DNA of 64,000 nt from Eledone cirrhosa. Its lineage: Eukaryota. Of this stretch, positions 1 through 15,000 are shown one piece after another. The translations under genes were made by a program, and so were the position numbers. The stretch's first letter is position 1; the number at the start of each line of letters is the position of its first letter. The DNA is taken from assembly GCA_964016885.1 (NCBI GenBank), contig OZ024742.1:43462001-43526000 (forward strand). The letters are read 5' to 3'. The notes below the pieces were generated by a model. The model saw nothing but the letters and a program-made list of their open reading frames with translations. It did no database searches and was not told the DNA's origin.

Positions 1-3000
1 TGGCTATAGATAGTATTAGTGGCTATAGATAGTATTAGTGGCTATAGATGGTATTAGTGGCTATAGATAGTATTAATGGCTATAGATAGTATTAGAGGCT
101 ATAGATAGTATTAGAGGCTATAGATAGTATTAGAGGTTATAAATAGTATTAGTGGCTATAGTTAGTATTAGTGGCTATAGATGGTATTAGTGGCTATAGA
201 TAGTATTAGTGGCTATAGATAGTATTAGAGGTTATAGATAGTATTAGTGGCTATAGTTAGTATTAGAGGTTATAAATAGTATTAGTGGCTATAGTTAGTA
301 TTAGTGGCTATAGTTAGTATTAGTGGCTATAGACGGTATTAGTGGCTATAGATAGTATTAGTGGCTATAGATAGTATTAGAGGCTATAAATAGTATTAGT
401 GGCTATAGTTAGTATTAGTGGCTATAGATGGTATTAGTGGCTATAGATAATATTAGTGGCTATAGATAGTATTAGAGGCTATAGTTAGTATTAGAGACTA
501 TAGATAGTATTATTGGCTATAGATAGTATTAGTGGCTATAGTTAGTATTAGTGGCTATAGTTAGTATTAGTGGCTATAGATGGTATTAGTGGCTATAGAT
601 AGTATTAGTGGCTATAGATAGTATTAGAGGCTATAGATAGTATTAGAGGCTATAGATAGTATTAGAGGCTATAGATAGTATTAGTGGCTATAGTTAGTAT
701 TATTGGCTATAGTTAGTATTAGTGGCTATAGATAGTATTAGAGGCTATAAATAGTATTAGTGGCTATAGTTAGTATTGGTGGCTATAGTTAGTATTAGTG
801 GCTATAGATAGTATTAGTGGCTATAGATAGTATTAGAGGCTATAGATAGTATTAGAGGCTATAGATAGTATTAGTGGCTATAGTTAGTATTAGTGGCTAT
901 AGTTAGTATTAGTGGCTATAGATAGTATTAGAGGCTATAGATAGTATTAGTGGCTATAGTTAGTATTAGTGGCTATAGTTAGTATTAGTGGCTATAGATA
1001 GTATTAGAGGCTATAGATAGTATTAGAGGCTATAGATAGTATTAGTGGCTATAGTTAGTATTAGTGGCTATAGTTAGTATTAGATGCTATAGTTAGTATT
1101 AGTGGCTATAGATAGTATTAGAGGCTATAGATAGTATTAGAGGCTATAGATAGTATTAGTGGCTATAGTTAGTATTAGTGGCTATAGATAGTATTAGAGG
1201 CTATAGATAGTATTAGTGGCTATAATTAGTATTAGTGGCTATAGATAGTATTAGAGGCTATAGATAGTATTAGAGGCTATAAATAGTATTAGTGGCTATA
1301 GTTAGTATTAGTGGCTATAGATAGTATTAGGGGCTATAGATAGTATTAGAGGCTATAGATAGTATTAGTGGCTATAGTTAGTATTAATGGCTATAGATAG
1401 TATTAGAGGCTATAGATAGTATTAGTGGCTATAATTAGTATTGGTGGCTATAGATAGTATTAGAGGCTATAGATAGTATTAGAGGCTATAAATAGTATTA
1501 GTGGCTATAGTTAGTATTACTGGCTATAGATAGTATTAGGGGCTATAGATAGTGTTAGAGGCTATAGATAGTATTAGTGGCTATAATAGTATTAGTGGCT
1601 ATAGTTAGTATTAGTGGCTATAGATAGTATTAGTGGTTATAGATAGTATTAGAGGCTATAGATAGTATTAGAGGCTATAGATAGTATTAGTGGCTATAAT
1701 AGTATTAGTGGCTATAGTTAGTATTAGTGGCTATAGATAGTATTAGTGGTTATAGTTAGTATTAGTGGCTATAGATAGTATTAGTGGCTATAGATAGTAT
1801 TAGAGGCTATAGATAGTATTAGAGGCTATAGATAGTATTAGAGGCTATAGATAGTATTAGAGGCTATAGTTAGTATTAGTGGTTATAGATAGTATTAGTG
1901 GCTATAGATAGTATTAGAGGCTATAGATTGTATTAGTGGCTATAGATAGTATTATAGGCTATAGTTAGTATTAGTGTCTATAGATAGTATTAGAGGCTAT
2001 AGTTAGTATTAGTGGCTATAGATAGTATTAGAGGCTATAGATAGTATTAGAGGCTATAGTTAGTATTAGTGGCTATAGATAGTATTAGAGGCTATAGTTA
2101 CTATTAGTGGCTATAGATAGTATTAGAGGCTATAGATAGTATTAGTGGCTATAGTTAGTATTAGAGGCTATAGATAGTATTAGTGGCTATAGTTAGTATT
2201 AGTGGCTATATTTAGTATTAGTGGCTATAGATAGTATTAGAGGCTATAGATAGTATTAGTGGCTATAGTTAGTATTAGTGGCTATAGATAGTATTAGAGG
2301 CTATAGATAGTATTAGAGGCTATAGATAGTATTAGAGGTTATAGTTAGTATTAATGGCTATAGATAGTATTAGTGGCTATAGTTAGTATTAGTGGCTATA
2401 GATAGTATTAGAGGCTATAGATAGTATTAGTGGCTATAAATAGTATTAGTGGCTATAGTTAGTATTAGTGGCTATAGATAGTATTAGGGGCTATAGATAG
2501 TATTAGAGGCTATAGATAGTATTAGTGGCTATAATAGTATTAGTGGCTATAGTTAGTATTAGTGGCTATAGATAGTATTAGTGGTTATAGATAGTATTAG
2601 AGGCTATAGATAGTATTAGAGGCTATAGATAGTATTAGTGGCTATAATAGTATTAGTGGCTATAGTTAGTATTAGTGGCTATAGATAGTATTAGTGGTTA
2701 TAGTTAGTATTAGTGGCTATAGATTGTATTAGTGGCTATAGATAGTATTAGAGGCTATAGATAGTATTAGAGGCTATAGATAGTATTAGAGACTATAGAT
2801 AGTATTAGTGGCTATAGTTAGTATTAGTGGTTATAGATAGTATTAGTGGCTATAGATAGTATTAGAGGCTATAGATAGTATTAGTGGCTATAGATAGTAT
2901 TATAGGCTATAGTTAGTATTAGTGGCTATAGATAGTATTAGAGGCTATAGTTAGTATTAGTGGCTATAGATAGTATTAGAGGCTATAGATAGTATTAGAG

Positions 3001-6000
3001 GCTATAGTTAGTATTAGTGGCTATAGATAGTATTAGTGGCTATAGTTAGTATTAGTGGCTATAGATAGTATTAGAGGCTATAGATAGTATTAGAGGCTAT
3101 AGATAGTATTAGTGGCTATAGATAGTATTAGAGTCTATAGTTAGTATTAGTGGCTATAGATAGTATTAGAGACTATAGTTAGTATTAGTGGCTATAGATA
3201 GTATTAGTGGCTATAGTTAGTATTAGAGACTATCGTTAGTATTAGTGACTATAGATAGTATTAGTGGCTATAGATAGTATTAGAGACTATAGTTAGTATT
3301 AGTGACTATAGATAGTATTAGAGACTATAGTTAGTATTAGTGGCTATAGATAGTATTAGAGACTATAGTTAGTATTAGTGGCTATAGATAGTATTAGTGG
3401 CTATAGATAGTATTAGTGGCTATAGATAGTATTAGAGGCTATAGTTAGTATTAGAGACTATAGATAGTATTATTGGCTATAGATAGTATTAGTGGCTATA
3501 GTTAGTATTAGTGGCTATAGTTAGTATTAGTGGCTATAGATGGTATTAGTGGCTATAGATAGTATTAGTGGCTATAGATAGTATTAGAGGCTATAGATAG
3601 TATTAGAGGCTATAGATAGTATTAGAGGCTATAGATAGTATTAGTGGCTATAGTTAGTATTATTGGCTATAGATCGTATTAGTGGCTATAGATATTATTA
3701 GAGGTTATAGATAGTATTAGTGGCTATAGTTAGTATTAGAGGTTATAAATAGTATTAGTGGCTATAGTTAGTATTTGTGGCTATAGATAGTATTAGAGGC
3801 TATAAATAGTATTAGTGGCTATAGTTAGTATTGGTGGCTATAGTTAGTATTAGTGGCTATAGATAGTATTAGTGGCTATAGATAGTATTAGAGGCTATAG
3901 ATAGTATTAGAGGCTATAGATAGTATTAGTGGCTATAGTTAGTATTAGTGGCTATAGTTAGTATTAGTGGCTATAGATAGTATTAGAGGCTATAGATAGT
4001 ATTAGTGGCTATAGTTAGTATTAGTGGCTATAGTTAGTATTAGTGGCTATAGATAGTATTAGAGGCTATAGATAGTATTAGAGGCTATAGATAGTATTAG
4101 TGGCTATAGTTAGTATTAGTGGCTATAGTTAGTATTAGATGCTATAGTTAGTATTAGTAGCTATAGATAGTATTAGAGGCTATAGATAGTATTAGAGGCT
4201 ATAGATAGTATTAGTGGCTATAGTTAGTATTAGTGGCTATAGATAGTATTAGAGGCTATAGATAGTATTAGTGGCTATAATTAGTATTAGTGGCTATAGA
4301 TAGTATTAGAGGCTATAGATAGTATTAGAGGCTATAGATAGTATTAGTGGCTATAGTTAGTATTAGTGGCTATAGATAGTATTAGAGGCTATAGATAGTA
4401 TTAGTGGCTATAATTAGTACTAGTGGCTATAGATAGTATTAGAGGCTATAGATAGTATTAGAGGCTATAAATAGTATTAGTGGCTATAGTTAGTATTAGT
4501 GGCTATAGATAGTATTAGGGGCTATAGATAGTGTTAGAGGCTATAGATAGTATTAGTGGCTATAATAGTATTAGTGGCTATAGTTAGTATTAGTGGCTAT
4601 AGATAGTATTAGTGGTTATAGATAGTATTAGAGGCTATAGATAGTATTAGAGGCTATAGATAGTATTAGTGGCTATAATAGTATTAGTGGCTATAGTTAG
4701 TATTAGTGGCTATAGATAGTATTAGTGGTTATAGTTAGTATTAGTGGCTATAGATAGTATTAGTGGCTATAGATAGTATTAGAGGCTATAGATAGTATTA
4801 GAGGCTATAGATAGTATTAGAGGCTATAGATAGTATTAGAGGCTATAGTTAGTATTAGTGGTTATAGATAGTATTAGTGGCTATAGATAGTATTAGAGGC
4901 TATAGATTGTATTAGTGGCTATAGATAGTATTATAGGCTATAGTTAGTATTAGTGTCTATAGATAGTATTAGAGGCTATAGTTAGTATTAGTGGCTATAG
5001 ATAGTATTAGAGGCTATAGATAGTATTAGAGGCTATAGTTAGTATTAGTGGCTATAGATAGTATTAGAGGCTATAGTTACTATTAGTGGCTATAGATAGT
5101 ATTAGAGGCTATAGATAGTATTAGTGGCTATAGTTAGTATTAGAGGCTATAGATAGTATTAGTGGCTATAGTTAGTATTAGTGGCTATATTTAGTATTAG
5201 TGGCTATAGATAGTATTAGAGGCTATAGATAGTATTAGTGGCTATAGTTAGTATTAGTGGCTATAGATAGTATTAGAGGCTATAGATTTTATTAGAGGCT
5301 ATAGATAGTATTAGAGGTTATAGTTAGTATTAATGGCTATAGATAGTATTAGTGGCTATAGTTAGTATTAGTGGCTATAGATAGTATTAGAGGCTATAGA
5401 TAGTATTAGTGGCTATAAATAGTATTAGTGGCTATAGTTAGTATTAGTGGCTATAGATAGTATTAGGGGCTATAGATAGTATTAGAGGCTATAGATAGTA
5501 TTAGTGGCTATAATAGTATTAGTGGCTATAGTTAGTATTAGTGGCTATAGATAGTATTAGTGGTTATAGATAGTATTAGAGGCTATAGATAGTATTAGAG
5601 GCTATAGATAGTATTAGTGGCTATAATAGTATTAGTGGCTATAGTTAGTATTAGTGGCTATAGATAGTATTAGTGGTTATAGTTAGTATTAGTGGCTATA
5701 GATTGTATTAGTGGCTATAGATAGTATTAGAGGCTATAGATAGTATTAGAGGCTATAGATAGTATTAGAGACTATAGATAGTATTAGAGGCTATAGTTAG
5801 TATTAGTGGTTATAGATAGTATTAGTGGCTATAGATAGTATTAGAGGCTATAGATAGTATTAGTGGCTATAGATAGTATTATAGGCTATAGTTAGTATTA
5901 GTGGCTATAGATAGTATTAGAGGCTATAGTTAGTATTAGTGGCTATAGATAGTATTAGAGGCTATAGATAGTATTAGAGGCTATAGTTAGTATTAGTGGC

Positions 6001-9000
6001 TATAGATAGTATTAGAGGCTATAGTTAGTATTAGTGGCTATAGATAGTATTAGAGGCTATAGATAGTATTAGAGGCTATAGATAGTATTAGTGGCTATAG
6101 ATAGTATTAGAGGCTATAGTTAGTATTAGTGGCTATAGATAGTATTAGAGACTATAGTTAGTATTAGTGGCTATAGATAGTATTAGTGGCTATAGTTAGT
6201 ATTAGAGACTATCGTTAGTATTAGTGACTATAGATAGTATTAGTGGCTATAGATAGTATTAGAGACTATAGTTAGTATTAGTGACTATAGATAGTATTAG
6301 AGACTATAGTTAGTATTAGTGGCTATAGATAGTATTAGAGACTATAGTTAGTATTAGTGGCTATAGATAGTATTAGTGGCTATAGATAGTATTAGAGGCT
6401 ATAGTTAGTATTAGAGACTATAGTTAGTATTAGTGGCTATAGATAGTATTAGAGACTATAGTTAGTATTAGTGGCTATAGATAGTATTAGTGGCTATAGA
6501 TAGTATTAGTGGCTATAGATAGTATTAGAGACTATAGTTAGTATTAGTGGCTATAGATAGTATTAGTGGCTATAGATAGTATTAGAGACTATAGTTAGTA
6601 TTAGTGACTATAGATAGTATTAGAGACTATAGTTAGTATTAGTGGCTATAGATAGTATTAGTGGCTATAGTTAGTATTAGAGACTATAGTTAGTATTAGT
6701 GGCTATAGATAGTATTAGAGACTATAGTTAGTATTAGTGGCTATAGATAGTATTAGTGGCTATAGTTAGTATTAGAGACTATAGTTAGTATTAGTGGCTA
6801 TAGATAGTATTAGAGACTATAGTTAGTATTAGTGGCTATAGATAGTATTAGTGGCTATAGATAGTATTAGAGGCTATAGTTAGTATTAGAGACTATAGTT
6901 AGTATTAGTGGCTATAGATAGTATTAGAGACTATAGTTAGTATTAGTGGCTATAGATAGTATTAGTGGCTATAGATAGTATTAGTGGCTATAGATAGTAT
7001 TAGAGACTATAGTTAGTATTAGTGGCTATAGATAGTATTAGTGGCTATAGATAGTATTAGAGACTATAGTTAGTATTAGTGACTATAGATAGTATTAGAG
7101 ACTATAGTTAGTATTAGTGGCTATAGATAGTATTAGTGGCTATAGTTAGTATTAGAGACTATAGTTAGTATTAGTGGCTATAGATAGTATTAGAGACTAT
7201 AGTTAGTATTAGTGGCTATAGATAGTATTAGTGGCTATAGATAGTATTAGAGGCTATAGTTAGTATTAGTGGCTATAGATAGTATTAGTGGCTATAGATA
7301 GTATTAGTGGCTATAGATAGTATTAGTGGTTATAGTTAGTATTAGTGGTTATAGTTAGTATTAGTGGCTATAGATAGTATTAGTGGCTATAGATAGTATT
7401 AGAGGCTATAGATAGTATTAGAGGCTATAGATAGTATTAGAGGCTATAGATAGTATTAGAGGCTATAGTTAGTATTAGTGGTTATAGATAGTATTAGTGG
7501 CTATAGATAGTATTAGAGGCTATAGATTGTATTAGTGGCTATAGATAGTATTATAGGCTATAGTTAGTATTAGTGTCTATAGATAGTATTAGAGGCTATA
7601 GTTAGTATTAGTGGCTATAGATAGTATTAGAGGCTATAGATAGTATTAGAGGCTATAGTTAGTATTAGTGGCTATAGATAGTATTAGAGGCTATAGTTAC
7701 TATTAGTGGCTATAGATAGTATTAGAGGCTATAGATAGTATTAGTGGCTATAGTTAGTATTAGAGGCTATAGATAGTATTAGTGGCTATAGTTAGTATTA
7801 GTGGCTATATTTAGTATTAGTGGCTATAGATAGTATTAGAGGCTATAGATAGTATTAGTGGCTATAGTTAGTATTAGTGGCTATAGATAGTATTAGAGGC
7901 TATAGATAGTATTAGAGGCTATAGATAGTATTAGAGGTTATAGTTAGTATTAATGGCTATAGATAGTATTAGTGGCTATAGTTAGTATTAGTGGCTATAG
8001 ATAGTATTAGAGGCTATAGATAGTATTAGTGGCTATAAATAGTATTAGTGGCTATAGTTAGTATTAGTGGCTATAGATAGTATTAGGGGCTATAGATAGT
8101 ATTAGAGGCTATAGATAGTATTAGTGGCTATAATAGTATTAGTGGCTATAGTTAGTATTAGTGGCTATAGATAGTATTAGTGGTTATAGTTAGTATTAGT
8201 GGCTATAGATTGTATTAGTGGCTATAGATAGTATTAGAGGCTATAGATAGTATTAGAGGCTATAGATAGTATTAGAGACTATAGATAGTATTAGTGGCTA
8301 TAGTTAGTATTAGTGGTTATAGATAGTATTAGTGGCTATAGATAGTATTAGAGGCTATAGATAGTATTAGTGGCTATAGATAGTATTATAGGCTATAGTT
8401 AGTATTAGTGGCTATAGATAGTATTAGAGGCTATAGTTAGTATTAGTGGCTATAGATAGTATTAGAGGCTATAGATAGTATTAGAGGCTATAGTTAGTAT
8501 TAGTGGCTATAGATAGTATTAGAGGCTATAGTTAGTATTAGTGGCTATAGATAGTATTAGAGGCTATAGATAGTATTAGAGGCTATAGATAGTATTAGTG
8601 GCTATAGATAGTATTAGAGGCTATAGTTAGTATTAGTGGCTATAGATAGTATTAGAGACTATAGTTAGTATTAGTGGCTATAGATAGTATTAGTGGCTAT
8701 AGTTAGTATTAGAGACTATCGTTAGTATTAGTGACTATAGATAGTATTAGTGGCTATAGATAGTATTAGAGACTATAGTTAGTATTAGTGACTATAGATA
8801 GTATTAGAGACTATAGTTAGTATTAGTGGCTATAGATAGTATTAGTGGCTATAGATAGTATTAGAGGCTATAGTTAGTATTAGAGACTATAGTTAGTATT
8901 AGTGGCTATAGATAGTATTAGAGACTATAGTTAGTATTAGTGGCTATAGATAGTATTAGTGGCTATAGATAGTATTAGTGGCTATAGATAGTATTAGAGA

Positions 9001-12000
9001 CTATAGTTAGTATTAGTGGCTATAGATAGTATTAGTGGCTATAGATAGTATTAGAGACTATAGTTAGTATTAGTGACTATAGATAGTATTAGAGACTATA
9101 GTTAGTATTAGTGGCTATAGATAGTATTAGTGGCTATAGTTAGTATTAGAGACTATAGTTAGTATTAGTGGCTATAGATAGTATTAGAGACTATAGTTAG
9201 TATTAGTGGCTATAGATAGTATTAGTGGCTATAGTTAGTATTAGAGACTATAGTTAGTATTAGTGGCTATAGATAGTATTAGAGACTATAGTTAGTATTA
9301 GTGGCTATAGATAGTATTAGTGGCTATAGATAGTATTAGAGGCTATAGTTAGTATTAGAGACTATAGTTAGTATTAGTGGCTATAGATAGTATTAGAGAC
9401 TATAGTTAGTATTAGTGGCTATAGATAGTATTAGTGGCTATAGATAGTATTAGTGGCTATAGATAGTATTAGAGACTATAGTTAGTATTAGTGGCTATAG
9501 ATAGTATTAGTGGCTATAGATAGTATTAGAGACTATAGTTAGTATTAGTGACTATAGATAGTATTAGAGACTATAGTTAGTATTAGTGGCTATAGATAGT
9601 ATTAGTGGCTATAGTTAGTATTAGAGACTATAGTTAGTATTAGTGGCTATAGATAGTATTAGAGACTATAGTTAGTATTAGTGGCTATAGATAGTATTAG
9701 TGGCTATAGATAGTATTAGAGGCTATAGTTAGTATTAGTGGCTATAGATAGTATTAGTGGCTATAGATAGTATTAGTGGCTATAGATAGTATTAGTGGTT
9801 ATAGTTAGTATTAGTGGTTATAGTTAGTATTAGTGGCTATAGATAGTATTAGTGGCTATAGATAGTATTAGAGGCTATAGATAGTATTAGAGGCTATAGA
9901 TAGTATTAGAGGCTATAGATAGTATTAGAGGCTATAGTTAGTATTAGTGGTTATAGATAGTATTAGTGGCTATAGATAGTATTAGAGGCTATAGATTGTA
10001 TTAGTGGCTATAGATAGTATTATAGGCTATAGTTAGTATTAGTGTCTATAGATAGTATTAGAGGCTATAGTTAGTATTAGTGGCTATAGATAGTATTAGA
10101 GGCTATAGATAGTATTAGAGGCTATAGTTAGTATTAGTGGCTATAGATAGTATTAGAGGCTATAGTTACTATTAGTGGCTATAGATAGTATTAGAGGCTA
10201 TAGTTAGTATTAGTGGCTATAGTTAGTATTAGAGGCTATAGATAGTATTAGTGGCTATAGTTAGTATTAGTGGCTATATTTAGTATTAGTGGCTATAGAT
10301 AGTATTAGAGGCTATAGATAGTATTAGTGGCTATAGTTAGTATTAGTGGCTATAGATAGTATTAGAGGCTATAGATAGTATTAGAGGCTATAGATAGTAT
10401 TAGAGGTTATAGTTAGTATTAATGGCTATAGATAGTATTAGTGGCTATAGTTAGTATTAGTGGCTATAGATAGTATTAGAGGCTATAGATAGTATTAGTG
10501 GCTATAAATAGTATTAGTGGCTATAGTTAGTATTAGTGGCTATAGATAGTATTAGGGGCTATAGATAGTATTAGAGGCTATAGATAGTATTAGTGGCTAT
10601 AATAGTATTAGTGGCTATAGTTAGTATTAGTGGCTATAGATAGTATTAGTGGTTATAGATAGTATTAGAGACTATAGATAGTATTAGAGGCTATAGATAG
10701 TATTAGTGGCTATAATAGTATTAGTGGCTATAGTTAGTATTAGTGGCTATAGATAGTATTAGTGGTTATAGTTAGTATTAGTGGCTATAGATTGTATTAG
10801 TGGCTATAGATAGTATTAGAGGCTATAGATAGTATTAGAGGCTATAGATAGTATTAGAGACTATAGATAGTATTAGTGGCTATAGTTAGTATTAGTGGTT
10901 ATAGATAGTATTAGTGGCTATAGATAGTATTAGAGGCTATAGATAGTATTAGTGGCTATAGATAGTATTATAGGCTATAGTTAGTATTAGTGGCTATAGA
11001 TAGTATTAGAGGCTATAGTTAGTATTAGTGGCTATAGATAGTATTAGAGGCTATAGATAGTATTAGAGGCTATAGTTAGTATTAGTGGCTATAGATAGTA
11101 TTAGAGGCTATAGTTAGTATTAGTGGCTATAGATAGTATTAGAGGCTATAGATAGTATTAGAGGCTATAGATAGTATTAGTGGCTATAGATAGTATTAGA
11201 GGCTATAGTTAGTATTAGTGGCTATAGATAGTATTAGAGGCTATAGTTAGTATTAGTGGCTATAGATAGTATTAGTGGCTATAGTTAGTATTAGAGACTA
11301 TCGTTAGTATTAGTGACTATAGATAGTATTAGTGGCTATAGATAGTATTAGAGACTATAGTTAGTATTAGTGACTATAGATAGTATTAGAGACTATAGTT
11401 AGTATTAGTGGCTATAGATAGTATTAGAGACTATAGTTAGTATTAGTGGCTATAAATAGTATTAGTGGCTATAGATAGTATTAGAGGCTATAGTTAGTAT
11501 TAGAGACTATAGTTAGTATTAGTGGCTATAGATAGTATTAGAGACTATAGTTAGTATTAGTGGCTATAGATAGTATTAGTGGCTATAGATAGTATTAGTG
11601 GCTATAGATAGTATTAGAGACTATAGTTAGTATTAGTGGCTATAGATAGTATTAGTGGCTATAGATAGTATTAGAGACTATAGTTAGTATTAGTGACTAT
11701 AGATAGTATTAGAGACTATAGTTAGTATTAGTGGCTATAGATAGTATTAGTGGCTATAGTTAGTATTAGAGACTATAGTTAGTATTAGTGGCTATAGATA
11801 GTATTAGAGACTATAGTTAGTATTAGTGGCTATAGATAGTATTAGTGGCTATAGTTAGTATTAGAGACTATAGTTAGTATTAGTGGCTATAGATAGTATT
11901 AGAGACTATAGTTAGTATTAGTGGCTATAGATAGTATTAGTGGCTATAGATAGTATTAGAGGCTATAGTTAGTATTAGAGACTATAGTTAGTATTAGTGG

Positions 12001-15000
12001 CTATAGATAGTATTAGAGACTATAGTTAGTATTAGTGGCTATAGATAGTATTAGTGGCTATAGATAGTATTAGTGGCTATAGATAGTATTAGAGACTATA
12101 GTTAGTATTAGTGGCTATAGATAGTATTAGTGGCTATAGATAGTATTAGAGACTATAGTTAGTATTAGTGACTATAGATAGTATTAGAGACTATAGTTAG
12201 TATTAGTGGCTATAGATAGTATTAGTGGCTATAGTTAGTATTAGAGACTATAGTTAGTATTAGTGGCTATAGATAGTATTAGAGACTATAGTTAGTATTA
12301 GTGGCTATAGATAGTATTAGTGGCTATAGATAGTATTAGAGGCTATAGTTAGTATTAGTGGCTATAGATAGTATTAGTGGCTATAGATAGTATTAGTGGC
12401 TATAGATAGTATTAGTGGTTATAGTTAGTATTAGTGGCTATAGTTAGTATTAGTGGCTATAATAGTATTAGTGGCTATAGTTAGTATTAGTGGCTATAGA
12501 TAGTATTAGTGGTTATAGTTAGTATTAGTGGCTATAGATAGTATTAGTGGCTATAGATAGTATTAGTGGTTATAGTTAGTATTAGTGGCTATAGTTAGTA
12601 TTAGTGGCTATAGATAGTATTAGTGGCTATAGTTAGTATTAGTGGCTATAATAGTATTAGTGGCTATAGTTAGTATTAGTGTCTATAGATAGTATTAGTG
12701 GCTATAGATAGTATTAGTGGCTATAATAGTATTAGTGGCTATAGTTAGTATTAGTGGCTATAGTTTGTATTAGAGGCTATATATAGTATTAGTGGCTATA
12801 GATAGTATTAGAGACTATAGTTAGTATTAGTGGCTATAGATAGTATTAGAGACTATAGTTAGTATTAGTGGCTATAGTTAGTATTAGTGGCTATAGATAG
12901 TATTAGTGGCTATAGATAGTATTAGTGGCTATAGATAGTATTAGTGGCTATAGATAGTATTAGTGGCTATAATAGTATTAGAGGCTATAGTTAGTATTAG
13001 TGGCTATAGATAGTATTAGAGGCTATAGTTACTATTAGTGGCTATAGATAGTATTAGAGGCTATAGATAGTATTAGTGGCTATAGTTAGTATTAGAGGCT
13101 ATAGATAGTATTAGTGGCTATAGTTAGTATTAGTGGCTATATTTAGTATTAGTGGCTATAGATAGTATTAGAGGCTATAGATAGTATTAGTGGCTATAGT
13201 TAGTATTAGTGGCTATAGATAGTATTAGAGGCTATAGATAGTATTAGAGGCTATAGATAGTATTAGAGGTTATAGTTAGTATTAATGGCTATAGATAGTA
13301 TTAGTGGCTATAGTTAGTATTAGTGGCTATAGATAGTATTAGATGCTATAGATAGTATTAGTGGCTATAAATAGTATTAGTGGCTATAGTTAGTATTAGT
13401 GGCTATAGATAGTATTAGGGGCTATAGATAGTATTAGAGGCTATAGATAGTATTAGTGGCTATAATAGTATTAGTGGCTATAGTTAGTATTAGTGGCTAT
13501 AGATAGTATTAGTGGTTATAGATAGTATTAGAGGCTATAGATAGTATTAGAGGCTATAGATAGTATTAGAGACTATAGTTAGTATTAGTGGCTATAGATA
13601 GTATTAGTGGCTATAGTTAGTATTAGAGACTATAGTTAGTATTAGTGGCTATAGATAGTATTAGAGACTATAGTTAGTATTAGTGGCTATAGATAGTATT
13701 AGTGGCTATAGATAGTATTAGAGGCTATAGTTAGTATTAGTGGCTATAGATAGTATTAGTGGCTATAGATAGTATTAGTGGCTATAGATAGTATTAGTGG
13801 TTATAGTTAGTATTAGTGGCTATAGTTAGTATTAGTGGCTATAATAGTATTAGTGGCTATAGTTAGTATTAGTGGCTATAGATAGTATTAGTGGTTATAG
13901 TTAGTATTAGTGGCTATAGATAGTATTAGTGGCTATAGATAGTATTAGTGGTTATAGTTAGTATTAGTGGCTATAGTTAGTATTAGTGGCTATAGATAGT
14001 ATTAGTGGCTATAGTTAGTATTAGTGACTATAATAGTATTAGTGGCTATAGTTAGTATTAGTGTCTATAGATAGTATTAGTGGCTATAGATAGTATTAGT
14101 GGCTATAATAGTATTAGTGGCTATAGTTAGTATTAGTGGCTATAGTTTGTATTAGAGGCTATATATAGTATTAGTGGCTATAGATAGTATTAGAGACTAT
14201 AGTTAGTATTAGTGGCTATAGATAGTATTAGAGACTATAGTTAGTATTAGTGGCTATAGTTAGTATTAGTGGCTATAGATAGTATTAGTGGCTATAGATA
14301 GTATTAGTGGCTATAGATAGTATTAGTGGCTATAGATAGTATTAGTGGCTATAATAGTATTAGAGGCTATAGTTAGTATTAGTGGCTATAGATAGTATTA
14401 GAGGCTATAGTTACTATTAGTGGCTATAGATAGTATTAGAGGCTATAGATAGTATTAGTGGCTATAGTTAGTATTAGAGGCTATAGATAGTATTAGTGGC
14501 TATAGTTAGTATTAGTGGCTATATTTAGTATTAGTGGCTATAGATAGTATTAGAGGCTATAGATAGTATTAGTGGCTATAGTTAGTATTAGTGGCTATAG
14601 ATAGTATTAGAGGCTATAGATAGTATTAGAGGCTATAGATAGTATTAGAGGTTATAGTTAGTATTAATGGCTATAGATAGTATTAGTGGCTATAGTTAGT
14701 ATTAGTGGCTATAGATAGTATTAGGGGCTATAGATAGTATTAGAGGCTATAGATAGTATTAGTGGCTATAATAGTATTAGTGGCTATAGTTAGTATTAGT
14801 GGCTATAGTTAGTATTAGTGGCTATAGATTGTATTAGTGGCTATAGATAGTATTAGAGGCTATAGATAGTATTAGAGGCTATAGATAGTATTAGAGACTA
14901 TAGATAGTATTAGTGGCTATAGTTAGTATTAGTGGTTATAGATAGTATTAGTGGCTATAGATAGTATTAGAGGCTATAGATAGTATTAGAGGCTATAGAT